Assembly: GCA_028534125.1 (NCBI GenBank)
Contig: CM052817.1
Location: 16,370,001 to 16,434,000 of the forward strand
DNA length: 64,000 nt
Source: Lama glama
Lineage: Eukaryota
Direction: 5' to 3'
The notes under the pieces were generated by a model, which was not told the origin of the DNA, did not search any database, and was given only the letters and a program-made list of their open reading frames with translations. The position numbers were made by a program, and so were the translations under genes. Shown here in pieces: positions 37,444 to 53,870 of the stretch (within the stretch, counting starts at the first letter, position 1; every line of letters begins with the position of its first letter).

Positions 37444-38574
37444 TTAAAGTACTGGAGTTGCTAATAGGATAGGTATTACCCATTAATATACTGAGGGAAA
37501 GGCAAACCTACAAATCCCAAATCAATGTGAAAATTAAAAATGCTTAATCCTTATAAATATACCACTTTTAGAAATGTGTGCTTCTAGTAAGCTATAAATT
37601 TTCTGATAGTGGACTTTCCATAAACTTAGAAAAAAAACCTCAAGAAAAATTCATTAAAAAAACCTTTTCTTTACATTTAATACAAAGATATTAACATAAG
37701 ATCAACAATTTCTTCACTCTAGAAAACTATTCTGACCAATCTCTCCAAGGCTATATAGCACTACAGGTTATGTGTGAGAAACACCCAGTATTCAAATGAT
37801 TGGATCATCTCATTTTCAAAGTTTTAATAACCATATACTCTACTCCACAGAATACAACTGACTGAATCTTTTTTAACATTCAGCCATACAATTTCTTCTC
37901 AACAAATCATTTCAGGTTAAATGGTAATGTCCTACACAACTTAAGTGTCAGAAGTCATAAATCAGTGTAAGAAAGAAGCCTCAAAATATATAGCAAGTGA
38001 CAACAACTAAAAGTAAGTGCTTTCAGTCCCACCATTCTTGGCTGATGTTTCCTGTATTAAGTTATAGAATAGATTCTGGCGCACACACACACAAAAGACA
38101 AAGGGGGAGTAGGTGGGGTGGGTGGGTACCTTGTGAATCTAATATGCTACGATACAAAAAAGAGGTGTGGTTTTTACACTTCCTTAGCTTCTAAAGCACT
38201 AACATATAAACAGTTCAGAGCTAATTATAATGGGACAAATAAAATTATAAAGACTGACTGACTTCTGGAACCAGGAGACTTGATCACAACAGCAAGAGAC
38301 TGGCTCCAAAGATACTCCTGATGTTTGTCAACTCTAAATTCATATCTGGCTCCAAATCCTGCCCATGATCATACCAACAATCCCACCATCCTCTTAGCAA
38401 AGCAGAGATTTTAAGAGATAACCACACCTTCAGGTCAATGCCCACACCTATACACCGGAGTATACTCCCTAGCCGATGAGAACACCAAGTTCCCCTGAGT
38501 GAAAGGAAGAACGAAGACTCCTTTCAGATGCCATTCTAAGCAAAATGCTAACAAAATGAAAGATACTGAGCTTA

Positions 38575-38766
<192 letters not shown>

Positions 38767-38889
38767 TTAACACCATGCTTCTGACATGCTAGTTACAAAA
38801 GTGGCGTAAAGCTACCTACATAATTAGAAGCAAACAAGCCTCATCTTTTGCTTTTTATTTGATGACTTATTTATCACTGCCTGATAAAA

Positions 38890-39170
38890 GCAAGAATCTG
38901 CAAACTACAGCAGGCCAAATCCAACTCACTGCCTACATTTGTAAGGCCTATCAGCTAAAAATAGTTCATACATCTTTAAATGAATGGGAGAAAAAGAAAA
39001 TCAAAACAGAAACATTTGGTGACACTGGAGTGGAAATAACACGGAATTAAAATTTCAGTGTTGCTACTTTTGCATTACAATGGCAGGCAGCATTCAACAG
39101 TTTCAACAGGGAAATAATGGGCCCACAGAGCCCAAGATATACAATCTGGTCCTTCCTGCCTTCGACTATC
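38890..39170. mobile_element. MER58-like hAT element
   Basis: gcaaactacagcaggccaaatcc...tgggcccacagagcccaagatat. Confidence 0.55.
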
Positions 39171-40736
39171 TAGAGTAGGATCTTTAATACCAGGTGACAG
39201 CTATGTAGGAGATGAACAATTACTACAAGATTCATGTATAAGATAGAAAAATAAAGAGGAAAAAGCAGTGAAAAGCAAAAAGTAACCTAACAAAAAAAAG
39301 AAAAATCCTTAAGAATTGGGGGGGGAGGACTGGTGTGTGAGTTCCTTGCCTGCATTTCTTCTATTTATAATCAAACACATCAATTGGTGGGATTCATCTA
39401 ACATTTAACAAATACCAAAGCACATGACAATAAGCCCTTTCTAATTCTAGAACTTTAGTAACATAAAGAATATGTGTGAATAATAGCAATAATCAATAAT
39501 CATTAAAACATAATAGAAAATAAACTCAATTTCATTCAATAAATATTTACTTAGTATTTACTAGGTGCCAGGTACTATATATACTGCATGCCCTATTTTT
39601 AATACATTTTAATCTTGAGAGAAATAAAAATCCATGCCTGAATATAGCTTTGTCAATCTTTTTTGAATTACTACAAGCAAATTCAAGAATATGTCCAAAA
39701 AAAGGCTAGTATACACTAGTACTTATTAAATACAGTTAAGCGTCTGAAGAAAGGTGAGTGAAGTATGAAAACCCTAACTCTAATAAGCACAAGATCTTGT
39801 AATAAGATAACACAATAATCATTCTGACCATTATTCTGACTTCAAATACAGACAATGTACCAATCTACTTTCATTTTGACTCAGTGCATTTAGGTCCATT
39901 CTATTTACTGAGCTCATCTGGTCTGAAAGCAGGCCATATCTTACTTAGCAGACATAACCAAAGGAGAGAAAAAACAAGTGGGAGACATGAGATAATGAAA
40001 ATCAATCCCATCCCAGGTAATGGACTAATTTGTCTCCATTTCATCACCAGAAAATTTTTGCATTTTTAAGATAAATATTTACTAGATTTACCTGACAACT
40101 TTTACTTTAGCCTCCAATATAAAACACTTAAAACTAAATGAAACACTTTAAATTATTTTTCATCTTTATTACTTAAAAGACATGCTTGGCTTTCCTAGCA
40201 CCCAAGTGTCTTAGTTACAAATACCAGTGATGACGCTATTAGACTGTGCACAAAACAGTTGTTCACTAGAATTCTGGAGTGACTAATTTCTACACAAAAA
40301 GGAAAGTAAACTACTTCTGGATCCACTCAGACAACTGCTTCTTTCAGTACTTTGGTGAATCCAATTAAGATCTAGATTCAAAGAAACTTTCTACTACATT
40401 TATAAAAATTAAGAATTAAAATTAACATTGAAGAAATAGGTGGTAAAATCTACCTGAAAGTGGCTGATATATCCATTTAGTATAAAAAAAGACCCCCATT
40501 AATCAACAAAGTAGTTCTAAAATTGAATTCTATGTAACTGGATCACTAACTATACCATTTAGTGAATTAATTTAGAAACATAAAACTTCTTAGTTCATTC
40601 AAGAATCTGGACAAAAAATTTAAGATCAATATTTATAGGCATTCTTTAACTGAATTTTGTGTTTAAGTGGATTCCAAAACCTGCTATAGAAACCAAACAT
40701 TATAATGGAAACATTTAATTATGTATTTCTGTATTA

Positions 40737-40991
<255 letters not shown>

Positions 40992-42359
40992 TCATGTAAT
41001 TACAAAGGAAAATCAGTATAAAGAATAAGCTAAATAATCCAAAAAGGGGATCAGCCCGTATCATTTTATAAATTAATCACAATGTTATAGACTTCCCTAA
41101 AAATCTATAGTAAAGTTCAAAGTTAGAAACAGTACTAAGGTTTTTGGCTATTGGGTGACAAAACAATGACTGTGGATGAACTATTTTAATTGTACTGAGT
41201 TATTTTACCCACGAACCTGGTTGTTTTCAATAGATATCTAAAAGACAGGGGTGGGATGAAAAATTTGGTAAAATGCCATGTCTTTATCATTAAAAAAAAG
41301 CTTAGATTAATATTATCAAATATCTTGCTCACTTTAGTAGCACACATACTAAGAATATCAAATTCAATTTAAAAGTTATAAAAGTGAACTTCACGTAAGT
41401 ACTGTGTACTTTAATTATTTCTGAGCTAGACCATCTGAAACTTAGTGTTTAAAAGTTTTATTGTGAACCATGTGCCTCTTAGTGGTTTAAACTAGTGATA
41501 TAATTTACAAGGATGTCTGGAACACTCATTCTTACATTTCATAAACAAGTCTTTATCTGTGTTTCCACTTAAAACGATGTCTTAATAACATCAAAGGTTC
41601 CGAGAACCAAGATGGATGTGAATCTACTCCTTCTCAAGGCAGTTATCACAATCTGTAATAGGGGATGTCTCTGGTGGTCACACAGTATCAGCTAGTGTAT
41701 GATACAGCCTGCAGCACAACAGGAATATAGTGCACTTCTCCAACTGTCCTATCCCATCAGGAATAAAGTCTTTAATGCTATGCATTACCAATACTTGGGA
41801 CGTAAGAAGGATAAATGTTCTGAAGTAAACTATATACTAGCCTTCATCTCCTGGTTTCTCCATCATTTTTCATTTACCTCCCTTATCTGCCCCAAATTTG
41901 CAAGACTTAGGGAGAGGAGGACTGTACCTTTTCCTTATCTGATATCAACTGATGAACTCACACCAGGGTTCGTGTGTAAGACACAGATTTGTGCAGTTTG
42001 GCTGTTAAGGTCTCTGTTCCTCATACTGGTCCTCTAGCACTTTGGGCCCTGAGTTGAATAAATTCCCGACAGAACTGTGCCAAAGTCAACAGACTATTTT
42101 AAGAGTGTAAATAGGATTTTTATGATAATAAAAATGAGATACAAATGAAAACAGGTGAAAAATTTGAATGTCAATATTATAAATTAGTAAACTAAATTCT
42201 CATTAGTAGAAACCACAAATTTAAAAGAATGACTGAGAACACCACATTCCTGGTAAAGGGTGATGCAGGGCTACCAGTCTTTGATTACATATCACCCAAC
42301 AGGTTAACCTACTGATATGCAGAAATCACTATTTTCAGAACCTATTGTGATTATTTCCA

Positions 42360-42930
42360 CATTTCTCTCCTTCACATTTTCCAAGTAACTGGAAAATGTT
42401 TCTTCATGTCACTAAATAGTCTCTGAAAATATGATTTAAACCTAGAACAATATTTCATCATGTGGCTATAGCATAAATCATCAAACCATCTTTCTACTGG
42501 TAGACATTTAGGTAGTTTCCATTTTTCTTTACTATCACAAATAATTGTGGTATAAAAATCTTGATTCATCTCTCTGTCTACAGAACACTAGAAGAAAATT
42601 TCACAGATTATCCCTGGATCCAAGGGTATGAATTTGTTAAGGTTCTTGGTAACAAAATCTACTGCTTTTCATAATTACATATTCCACCTTTGGTCTATGA
42701 TTATTTCACTAAACCCTCTCCTATACAGCCAACACTATTTTTCTTTAACCTTTGCCAATTTTATAGGTGAGAAAATGGTACCTCCCTCAATAATAATGCA
42801 TTTATTCAACTACAAGCAGAGTTAATTTCCCACCTCATGTTTATGGACCACTTACAGCCTGAGAATCATCATTCACATTTGTAGCTTATTTGTCTATTTT
42901 GTTAGTTTATTTTTATGTAAGAGCTATTTA
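42360..42930 (-). mobile_element. Old L1ME-type fragment
   Basis: ggtagacatttaggtagtttccattttt...tttgccaattttataggtgagaaaatggtacctc. Confidence 0.65.
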
Positions 42931-43292
42931 TTAGGAAAAATATTAGACAGTAATAATTCTGTAAGTGATATAAAACTGTTCATACAAAATGCAAAATATA
43001 TAAAAATAAACAGTAAAAAAGTATCAAAATCTCTATATACTCATGGTAAATTTCATACAAGTATTTCATTTTTATGACTCTGTATTTCCCAGCTTTCCAG
43101 TGCTTTCCCCTTGATTATAAAAGTAAACAACTCTGGAAAAGATGTGCAACTTCTGTTTTAAATGCTAGTCAGGAGTTTTTTCTAAAGCACCCCTGGGTTT
43201 CTAATGTACAGTTGTCATGGATAATAAATGAAAGTGAGATGAAGAAACATCTTATATGCTGCAAGTGACATTTAGACAAAAGAGTGCTTTCA

Positions 43293-43487
<195 letters not shown>

Positions 43488-46131
43488 TCACAGACAGAGG
43501 AACAAGGCCTAGCTAGGTCAGTTCACAGAGCATAGGGCAGGGCAGGATGGCCTCCAACTGCATCTTGGACTGTTTACTACCTTGATTTGGTACATCAACA
43601 CCTAACCACATCTGTAAGACAAGAGGGTTTCAAAGCTACAGAGTACCTGATTATTTTAACTAGATCTAAAAGTAGGCATCAAAACAGCTATTCTGAAGGC
43701 CATCAAGATACTAGAAAGCTCAACTTATTTAAAAAACCAGTGCCAATAGCTCTACCAATAACTAGAATTATGGTGTCAATAACTTTTTAGCTAAATATAA
43801 TTTTTCAAAAGGCCATCCATTGAATCCACTGAATGGCTATGAAAGTTATGAAGCTATACTTGCCCACTGTAGGCCTAAAAACAACTTTCTAACCAGTCTA
43901 TTGCCACATTTCTATTGTAATTTTTCCCTAGTGCTGTGGCTACTACCAACTGGTGGGTATCACTATTAGCACTGGTGAGCAGAAGCATATGTAAACATAA
44001 AATATATGAAATCTTGGGTTTTGATGATAGCAGTAGTGGTGGAAGGTTAAACCGCCTTTGAATTAAGAAAATTCAAAAAGGCTGGGAATATTCAGCCTAG
44101 TTTTCCAGCATAAGATTAGCAAATAAAGTCCCAAGTTTTTTTTAAAACTGTTATTTGAATCAAGACCTCTATATAAAAGCAGAATCCAGTATTTTAAAAA
44201 TTGACAATTAATCTGAAACAGTCATTATTTCAAGGGTCATCAAAATATGTAACTACAGTATTTGTTTAGAGCCTCAATAGTAATTCACATAAAACTCTGA
44301 AGTTGTTACAAAGCGTGCACTACATTTTTTTTGAAATACAACTTTCCTTAATTCACTTTAGCAATTCCATAGTCATAAGAGCAGTATGAAAAGAAAAATA
44401 CTTAACAGCTTGGGACTTTGTCAACACATTTTTTAAGCTCTTAGTACTTTATCAATAAAAAATGTATGAATTATCAATTCAAATAGAGAATGTGGGAATA
44501 ATTGACGAGATCAAATACAGTATCAAATCACTCTTTGCCATACAATTTCCCTTTAAAATGATTCCAAAGAAGCCAAATAATAACACATGATCACAGTAAA
44601 AGTCTTCCTTAATGTAACTGAAGCAAGGTAATTCATAAAAGTACATAAACCTCTCCTAACTGTGAAAGTTAGTATGAACTAGCTACCAGAGGTAAACACT
44701 GGGAAAAAGAAGCACTCTGTAAGGCCCCTGATTTGTACTATTTATATCAGGACCCGAAAACTTCAGAAACTCTTTAAATGGAAAACAAAGCATTAAACGC
44801 TCAGCAAACTGTTTTAGTTCCACGACTTCTTCCTCACTCTTTAACATTTTCCCCCAAATACCATGCTTAATAACTACTGCACATACACGCTCATTCTCTC
44901 GATGTGCTAATAAGGAAGACGACCAGTAAATCCTACGTGCTGCAGAACTATTACAAATAAGATATGTAGTTGGAAGATCTCAACTGCATCATAACGACCA
45001 ATTTTCTAAAGGGCTAGTATTCTAAACCCAAACAATGGTAATTATATAGTAAGCCTGGTAAGAGAAACTAGAAAAATAAACGCTGGATAGATAACAAATA
45101 CACAATCTGTTAACTCTTGTCCCACACTTTCTCTAAAAACTTAAGTGCTGAGTTAACTACAACTGGGAGAATCTAACAAAAACAACATATAAGAAAAGGC
45201 AGACAACAACCTACCACCACCTCCGCAAGAAACTACAATTTCATTAAAATGATTCGATACTGCCCTGCCCATCTGCTCTGAGTCTGATCAATCATAACTC
45301 TGCAAAAACACATTTTAGCTAGTTCTTAAATTAAAAATTCACACCATTAAAATAGATCTAAACTAAGCCAAAATTTTTATATTTAGAAATTCAAAAGACT
45401 TCTCCCTTTGATTCCATGTAAAATTTTTGAATTATCTGAGGCATTTAATTATAAATAAGACTAATAAACCACTCATGACTGGAAGTCAGTTTTCTCCAGT
45501 ATTGAAACTAGTATTGTAGAGTACTTTGATAGTAAAAACTTACTCTGCCTTCTAGTTTCAGCTGTAAGAATCAGTGTACATTTATGTTAACAATTTCTTT
45601 TTTTGAAAATCTAGTTTCCAAGTTACTATTCATTTGTGAATTAAGTTTTATTGCTACTGAAACCAGTACTATTTGCTCAGCATAATGTTCCAATTTCCAA
45701 AATAAGCAATTTTTGTCTGTTAGGTGTATTTCTTTTATCAAGTGTTTTCCTGCCACTGTAAAAGAATTAGCATCAAATTAGATTTTAAGCCTAAAATTAT
45801 ACATTACTAATTCTATTTATTTGATACTAAGTTTGAAATTCATGTTTCTTTGCCACTGGAATACATATTTATACATGTAGGAAAAGCTCACTCTTTAAAT
45901 CATGTTTGGTTTTCTTCAGGCTCATTTACATTGCCAGGTACTAGAACAAAGCTCTTGTACTTTCAGCAACAAACTGCAAAACTGATGGACCTACCAAAGA
46001 ATTCAGTTCTGTCTTCAGATTTATTCTTTTCTTATTGAAAATTTTACTTGTACTCAAGAGAGCCAATGTTTTTACTATATTTTGTGCACAATGACTTACG
46101 CTGTTGTAATACTATGGTCATTATGGAGTTA

Positions 46132-46587
<456 letters not shown>

Positions 46588-46946
46588 TCAAACCGTCATC
46601 AATTCAATTACTGTGATCTAGCAAACTATGAATCATATAAAATTGCAAAACTTTCCTGTATGGTAGTTAAAACTGTCATCTTCCTAAGTACATTAAATAA
46701 CTGTTAACTCAACAAAGTGTTTATGGACAATTTTTCCTTTAAAAAAAAAAAACATGAAAATTTTCACACTCCCATGCCCAGTTGGTAACTCCCAGAATAA
46801 TTTAGTTCTTCTGAAGAAAAAAAAATTTCTTTTAATTGTCACTTTTAGTTTTAATGCTAACACCCAAAACTTATCTTGATGCACTGTAAGAAAAAAGTAA
46901 AATGTATTTAATATATATACTGGATAGGATGTAGGAAAAAGAGTCA

Positions 46947-47099
<153 letters not shown>

Positions 47100-47464
47100 C
47101 TAGAAAAATACAAAAAATGTTTAATCTGTTAAACATTCTGTAAACTTCTTGCTCCAGAGAAGAAAACATATCTGTTCTCTGCCTCTGAGCTATTCACTTT
47201 GGCATTTCTTCTAAACCACTGAATCAGAGAGGAGAAAAATATTTGTGAACTAAAAAGACTAAAAAGAAATCAGACACTTTCTGTGAACAATCTTTATAGA
47301 GTCTGAAGTGTTACTGCTGGTGCCCACCTAGACTTTGAACTGTAACAAAGAGCTGTACTGGTAGACTGCACCATAAATCTCAGGGAAAAACTAAAGAGCT
47401 TACAGTGCCAAAAGGCAAGATAAAGTAAATGAAGTAATTTTCTTCTGGTAACAAATTCAACCTA

Positions 47465-47653
<189 letters not shown>

Positions 47654-48279
47654 CTATTAGAATGAAAATAACATTAAGTATAATTCTTCCTTCAATTAAA
47701 CACAAAACTGTGAAAGAAGTAGTCAAAGCTCATAGCTAATTCCAAAATAAACAAAGTCAGTGTTGAAAACCTCCATAAATCATGGTGGGACAGAAACAGA
47801 ATTCATCATCCTTACTCCTTAACTTTCTTTCAGGTATTCTGAGTCCATCATTCTAAGGGACTCAAGCTAACGTGAAATGTCTCTCATCTAACGACAAATG
47901 GCTTACATAATCTTCACTCCTCCTAATTTAAAATAAGTTCAGTTTTACCTTGCTTTTATATAGTGGATAGTGCTGAAGGCTTCTCCTGAAAAGAACCTGT
48001 CAATTTCAATACCTAACGTTCAGTGCAGACAACAAGAAAAATATTCTGAACTTTAGTACAGAAGTCAGTTATATGCTGCCAGTTTAAAGGATGGTTTTAT
48101 TACCAAAAACATAAAAACTGTGTACAGCAAATTCTCCCAATTATACCTACAAAATGCAATCAAATGCAAAGATCTTTAAATAATAAAACATAGTTTTATT
48201 TATTTACTCAGTGGTCACTTCATTTGGTAACAGTGCTTGGTATTCAGCACTTGTTAAACCAGAGGCTAACATAAAATAC

Positions 48280-48323
48280 AAACCAACTGGGAAAAAATTG
48301 TAAACCAACTGGGAAAAAATTGT
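48280..48323 (+). repeat. Perfect 22-bp tandem duplication
   Basis: aaaccaactgggaaaaaattgt x2. Confidence 0.95.
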
Positions 48324-48396
48324 AGAAAGTAAATTTTAGCCATTAAATGAGTAATAAATAAATACAGTAAAGCTAACACTAATTTATAAAGTACTA

Positions 48397-48501
<105 letters not shown>

Positions 48502-49847
48502 CTATTAAATAAAAAGTATATAAATTATACTACAAGTCAAGTACAATGCAAATGATAGTAAGATTAGCCATTAGCTTCCACTAAACAATCAATTACAATC
48601 CAGTAAATAAACTAGAAATAAGGTTTGATCTTTAATGTTCAAAGCTATATATATAAAGATAAATTAATATTTAAGAACTCAGTTTCACTTAGCTCATCAT
48701 AGCACCTTCCTTTCTCAACAAAAAGTCTTTATATTATTACCCAGTCACATTATGTTTTAAATAAATAGATATTTTGGAAAGTGTACAATCTCAAAGCAGA
48801 TATAACTGAATATAAAGAAACTGTTAAGAATCATTTGAACGTTTTATTGACAGGGAATAATGTTTAAATCATTTACATACTGACACAGTAGCTTGTTTTT
48901 TTGTATGTTTTGTTATATTTTAAGTATGTTTTAGGAAATTAGATAGGGGCTTGAGAATGACATGTTACATGATTTTAAAATAAACCTGAGTTTAATATTC
49001 TTCTAGAAAGGCAGTGTTACAATGGAAGGAGCAATGAATTTAGGGGTAGGTGGCAAAGCCAGGAATCAAACCTGAGTAGCTAAGAGTGGAGAGGTTTTAA
49101 CAGCCTCATGCTTCAATTTCCTTTTATATCTCTTGCATATTTGTCTAGATGAGACAGAGTTTTAGAAATAAAATTAGATAATGAATGTGGAAAGCCCTTA
49201 TAAACTATACAGAATCACAAACTACATGTTTGTGATTATAAAAGAGGTCTTGTGGTTTTCTGGAATTCTAGGGTGAAAATCGTTGTAGTTCTGGATAGAT
49301 GTTTAAAACATACTCTTTTTTTCTAAAAAAATTACAAGTATTTCTCTTACAACAGAATACAGTCAATGTAACCAAAAATGCATTGATGTGATCAACTGTT
49401 TATTTAAAAACAATTTTTGTCCAAAAAATAATTTCACTTGGTGTACATGTGTTTTCTCTGGGCACGTGTGTGACAAATTATACAATACATGTATGGAGGT
49501 GTGAATATGTTATTCCACAAGTACTGAAGAATCAGGTTAAGTATACCAACTCGGCAAACCCTATGTCGTTACTGATGGTAGAGTACTGACATCCAAAAGT
49601 AAAGCTCTAAAGTATGAGTGTTAAGAAAAGACCTAAAGAAATATGGTTTCTAGGCTTTTTCCAAAAAAATGAGTTAATAAGCTTTAAGGTAATAAAAAAA
49701 GTATTTTAGTAGGACCTACCTACCCCATGAGAGGCAGGTTTTGGAACAAAAAAGTAAAAACTCACATAACAAACGGCACAGCTTTGAGGGAAGTATTCCT
49801 ACTGACTCTACCACTAGAGCTGGAGGAATCACACTAAGGCCAATAAA

Positions 49848-49895
49848 ACACACACACACACCCACACACACCCACACACACACACACACCCACCC
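49848..49895 (+). repeat. Interrupted (CA)n microsatellite
   Basis: Direct reading. Confidence 0.9.
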
Positions 49896-52800
49896 CACAA
49901 AAGAACAGGCATGTGAGATGATAAAAGCTATCTAGCTGCCTTGGAACCTCAGTGGTAGGGTGAGGGAAGCCCTAAGTACGTTCTAGATGTGCAAGTGGCA
50001 CAGGATCTAATTAGGAAGTGGTCACAACACGAAGTGATCGTGAATTTGTCAAGGAACTTACATATTACTAACAGGAATATGTATGTTATAAGCTTTCTAG
50101 ACTGTAACTTGGCAAGAAGTGTTCAAAGAGCCTTAAAAAGTGTTCAAATCTGAGTTATTATTTCAGGTAAATAATCCCAAATACAGAATAAACCCTATGA
50201 TAAAAAGTTTGACAATCAATTCTAACTTTTTTACTTTAAATGTGTTAAGAATAAACTCTCATATAGATTTACCCTCTTCCCCTTCAATAATCTGCCTTCT
50301 AATGGAATCCACATTGATTTATTTCAATAATTCCATTTCAATGTTCTTGAGTTCTACTTGGATTCTATTTGGACACAATAATGCATTTAGGTTAAACAAA
50401 TTTGGATTTTTAGTCCCTAGGGAACTCTGTGGGAGTCTCCAATTCAGTGAGGATATTAGCTTGTTTGTTTGTAAATATCCCAGCAGCACCACACTAAGTT
50501 ATCTTCAGATAGTGGATCGTTAAGCCTCTCTTTAAAACTAAGGAACCATCTCCACAAGGGCCATTTCTCTTTTTTATTGAGCAATGTATGCTCTGAGCCA
50601 TGTTAATTAGTAAACTCAAAGATAAGATACAGAAAAAACAGCTATTTGTATGGACAAAATTAATGAAAACTAAGTAAAAATAAGTTGCTGGATTTTAACA
50701 CCAAATCTATAAAGCAGCAATTATAAGTTTTAGTAAAAAAAAATGCATACAAGTGATTTATTGATGAGTAAACTTTAATGCATGTATAAAACTACTGTAG
50801 CTTTAGCTTAAAGTCAAATATCTGAATAAATATCAAACATGATCAAAACAAGTATCCACCCTCAAATAAATTTATTCATTGTATTCTCAACCTCTCCTGA
50901 TCATTAAAAACTTAAAAGTTTACCATCAGTGCTGTTAGAAGACCACATAAAAAGAACTTAGTAACTATTTGTAAAAGGAATGCTAGTTAAGTCCTCAACG
51001 CCCATGTAAGTTTACCTTTAATATAGACTACATTTAAAAACTTTAATACTAAAAGGCTGTTTTTTCAGTTTTACTACAATCATATTATGAACTCTATTTT
51101 GCATAAATACAATGAGGAGTAAGATAATAAAGTACTATCTTACAAAAGGTGCCCAAATATAAAGTAATTCAAAATTACAATTTATTTTGGTGAAATTTTA
51201 AAAAGAGTATTACTCTTTGTTTCAAACCTTTTAATCCTTATTACATTCTACTCTGTGCTAGCTATTATCCCTATATTAGAACAAAGTAATTTAACAAAAA
51301 CAAGAATCAAATTGTATTTTGTTTTACATAATTGGAAGCAGACAGTAAATCTCTAAATGTTCCTATGTAATTTTAAATTAACTGTGAATATCAATCAGTG
51401 ACAATACTTTTGAATGAAGTCTCATTCTAGTAACTGGCACAGAAATGTTTAATTAATGAATTCATGACAGAAGAATCAAGCCTTAGGCTCTAGTTGTTTA
51501 TTTTATAACATAAACAGGATGTATCAAAGTTTTAGCATTTTAAAAAAGAATAGGGAAAAAGCAATTGAATACCAGTTCTTCCTGTTCTAGTACCCACCCA
51601 CATTCCCTTATATAACCTCTGGGCATCTGAATTTTTACCCTTCTGCATTCCTCACATCCCCAATTTTCCTTCTGCTCTAACTGGACTTCCAAGGCCCTGC
51701 TCATCTTGCCTGCAGTCAGTGCTTAGCCAGAGTGCGTTTCAGCAATCTCAGGTTTTCAGCTGGCACTACCTTCCCTGTCCAGCTTCAAAATACACCACTG
51801 GATGAGTGAATCTATAAACTAACCTTCTACACAAAGGCTATATGTTCACTTTCCCTTAAACATGCTGGGCTTCAACATGTCTTTCCTCATAAAGAATGAT
51901 GCAACAATTGCCAAGGAAGTCCTCCCTCCCCCGGGATCATCCAGGGAGGCTATGACAGCGCTCTTCTCAACCTCCAAGACGAAGCTGACTCATGCCAGGA
52001 GATGACATGATTTCCCAGCAAGAGATCTTACAGCTTTAGCTGAAAGAACTCCAATAGATTCCCTCAACGTCACACACACACATCCCACTGCTGAAGCACT
52101 CTTCTTAGAAAGAAAATTCTCCTCAATATCCTTAGGACTTACAAGAACATGAAAAGCAATAGTTTATAAAAACAAACTAATTCTATTCCATGGGCTTAAT
52201 TTGTAGATTCTACAAAATGGACCACATACTGGATCGGCACCAAGATGAACCTAAATTTCCAATATCCTAGCAAAGTTATCACTTAAAACTTCAAGTTTCC
52301 CCCAAAGCTGAGTGCACATAAAGTAACAAAAAATATTTTAACATGTTATAGAGATAACGCTATGACAATAATAATTGCAAAGTTCAACATATTGAAGCTA
52401 TGATCAGAGTACTTTTAAAAAGTAGTATTTACTACTCCTGCTGATTTATGAAAAACTCAAAATCTGATTTTTTTCCCCTATCAGTCTCCTATTAATTTAT
52501 ATTCCACTAGGCAGATGCTGCATATCTTTTCAGTAAGTTCTTTCAATAAGTTCTTTCAATTTGAAAAATGTATTTGGTTCATTTAATTTTATACAGCCAT
52601 GTAAAGAGATAATCAGCCATGATACGTTTAAGTATCTTTGTAATTCAGAATTTTCCAATCATCATCAAAAATATTAGCAAAAAGATAAAAAAAATACAGC
52701 AGTATAAGTTGTAAATCTGTTAGGCCTTGAATACAGAAATAAGCAACAAATTCAAAACTTGACTGACAAGTAAATCATATTTCTTAAGACTTTTTTCCCT

Positions 52801-53684
52801 ACATGATTAAACTCAAGAAATGTATAGCAGCTATCATGAGGGTCTAGTTTGTTCGGTATGTTGGTACCCTGTACACATCAAGGTTAATCCTTGACAATCA
52901 CCTCCCAAGCTGGTGAAGGTAATTATAACCATTTTAAAAATATGAAACCTTTAAAATCAGAGGTTAAGAATCTTACCAAAATTCATATGCAGCTATTATA
53001 TAACATAATAAATGGCTGGGCTTTTTAGAAACCAAGGTGACTCTACTTTTCTAGTGGTTGTCAAACCTTTTCAAACAATGCAATCTTATTTTCAAAGAAT
53101 CTATCAGAATCCCCATCTCTTAAAAAATAAAAGCACAACTTCATGTATCAAACTAGAACTCAGATCTCCTTTCTACCTCCTCACCAAAGCTCCCAGAAAT
53201 GAGGCTGGAATATCCTTGCTCCCTTCCTGTGTCAGGCAGATATCCACACCAAAAAGATCCAAAGTTCTTGCCCTCAAGAAAGCCACGCTGCTGTCACTTG
53301 GGATCTGTACATCCAACATTTCATACCTACAGACTTAACATTTGTTTAGCTCTAGACAAAAATTCTAGGCAGAAGTCAAGGCACTGAAGGAAAAAGTGAC
53401 TGCCAAGTGATTTAATAGGGAGAAAGACATCTGGCCATTTCCTCACCCTAACCAACCTTCCATTTGTTAAGGGGAACTTCCTTGGGGGGAGGGAATCAGT
53501 ACCTGCTCTTACTCTAAGGTCAAAAGATATGCAAAACTCTATCCAAATATATTTCTTTCTATTTACTTTGGAAATACAGATTAACTCTGTACATACAATT
53601 CAGATCACAGCCACCCATAACCCCTTATAATTCAATATAGTCTGATATCTCACAGACAAATCTTCAGAATTAATACAATGTTTA

Positions 53685-53870
<186 letters not shown>

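Noticed and set aside
50140..50523. 127-aa plus-strand ORF in intron 6
   Set aside because: Non-ATG start, AT-rich composition, no recognisable homology.
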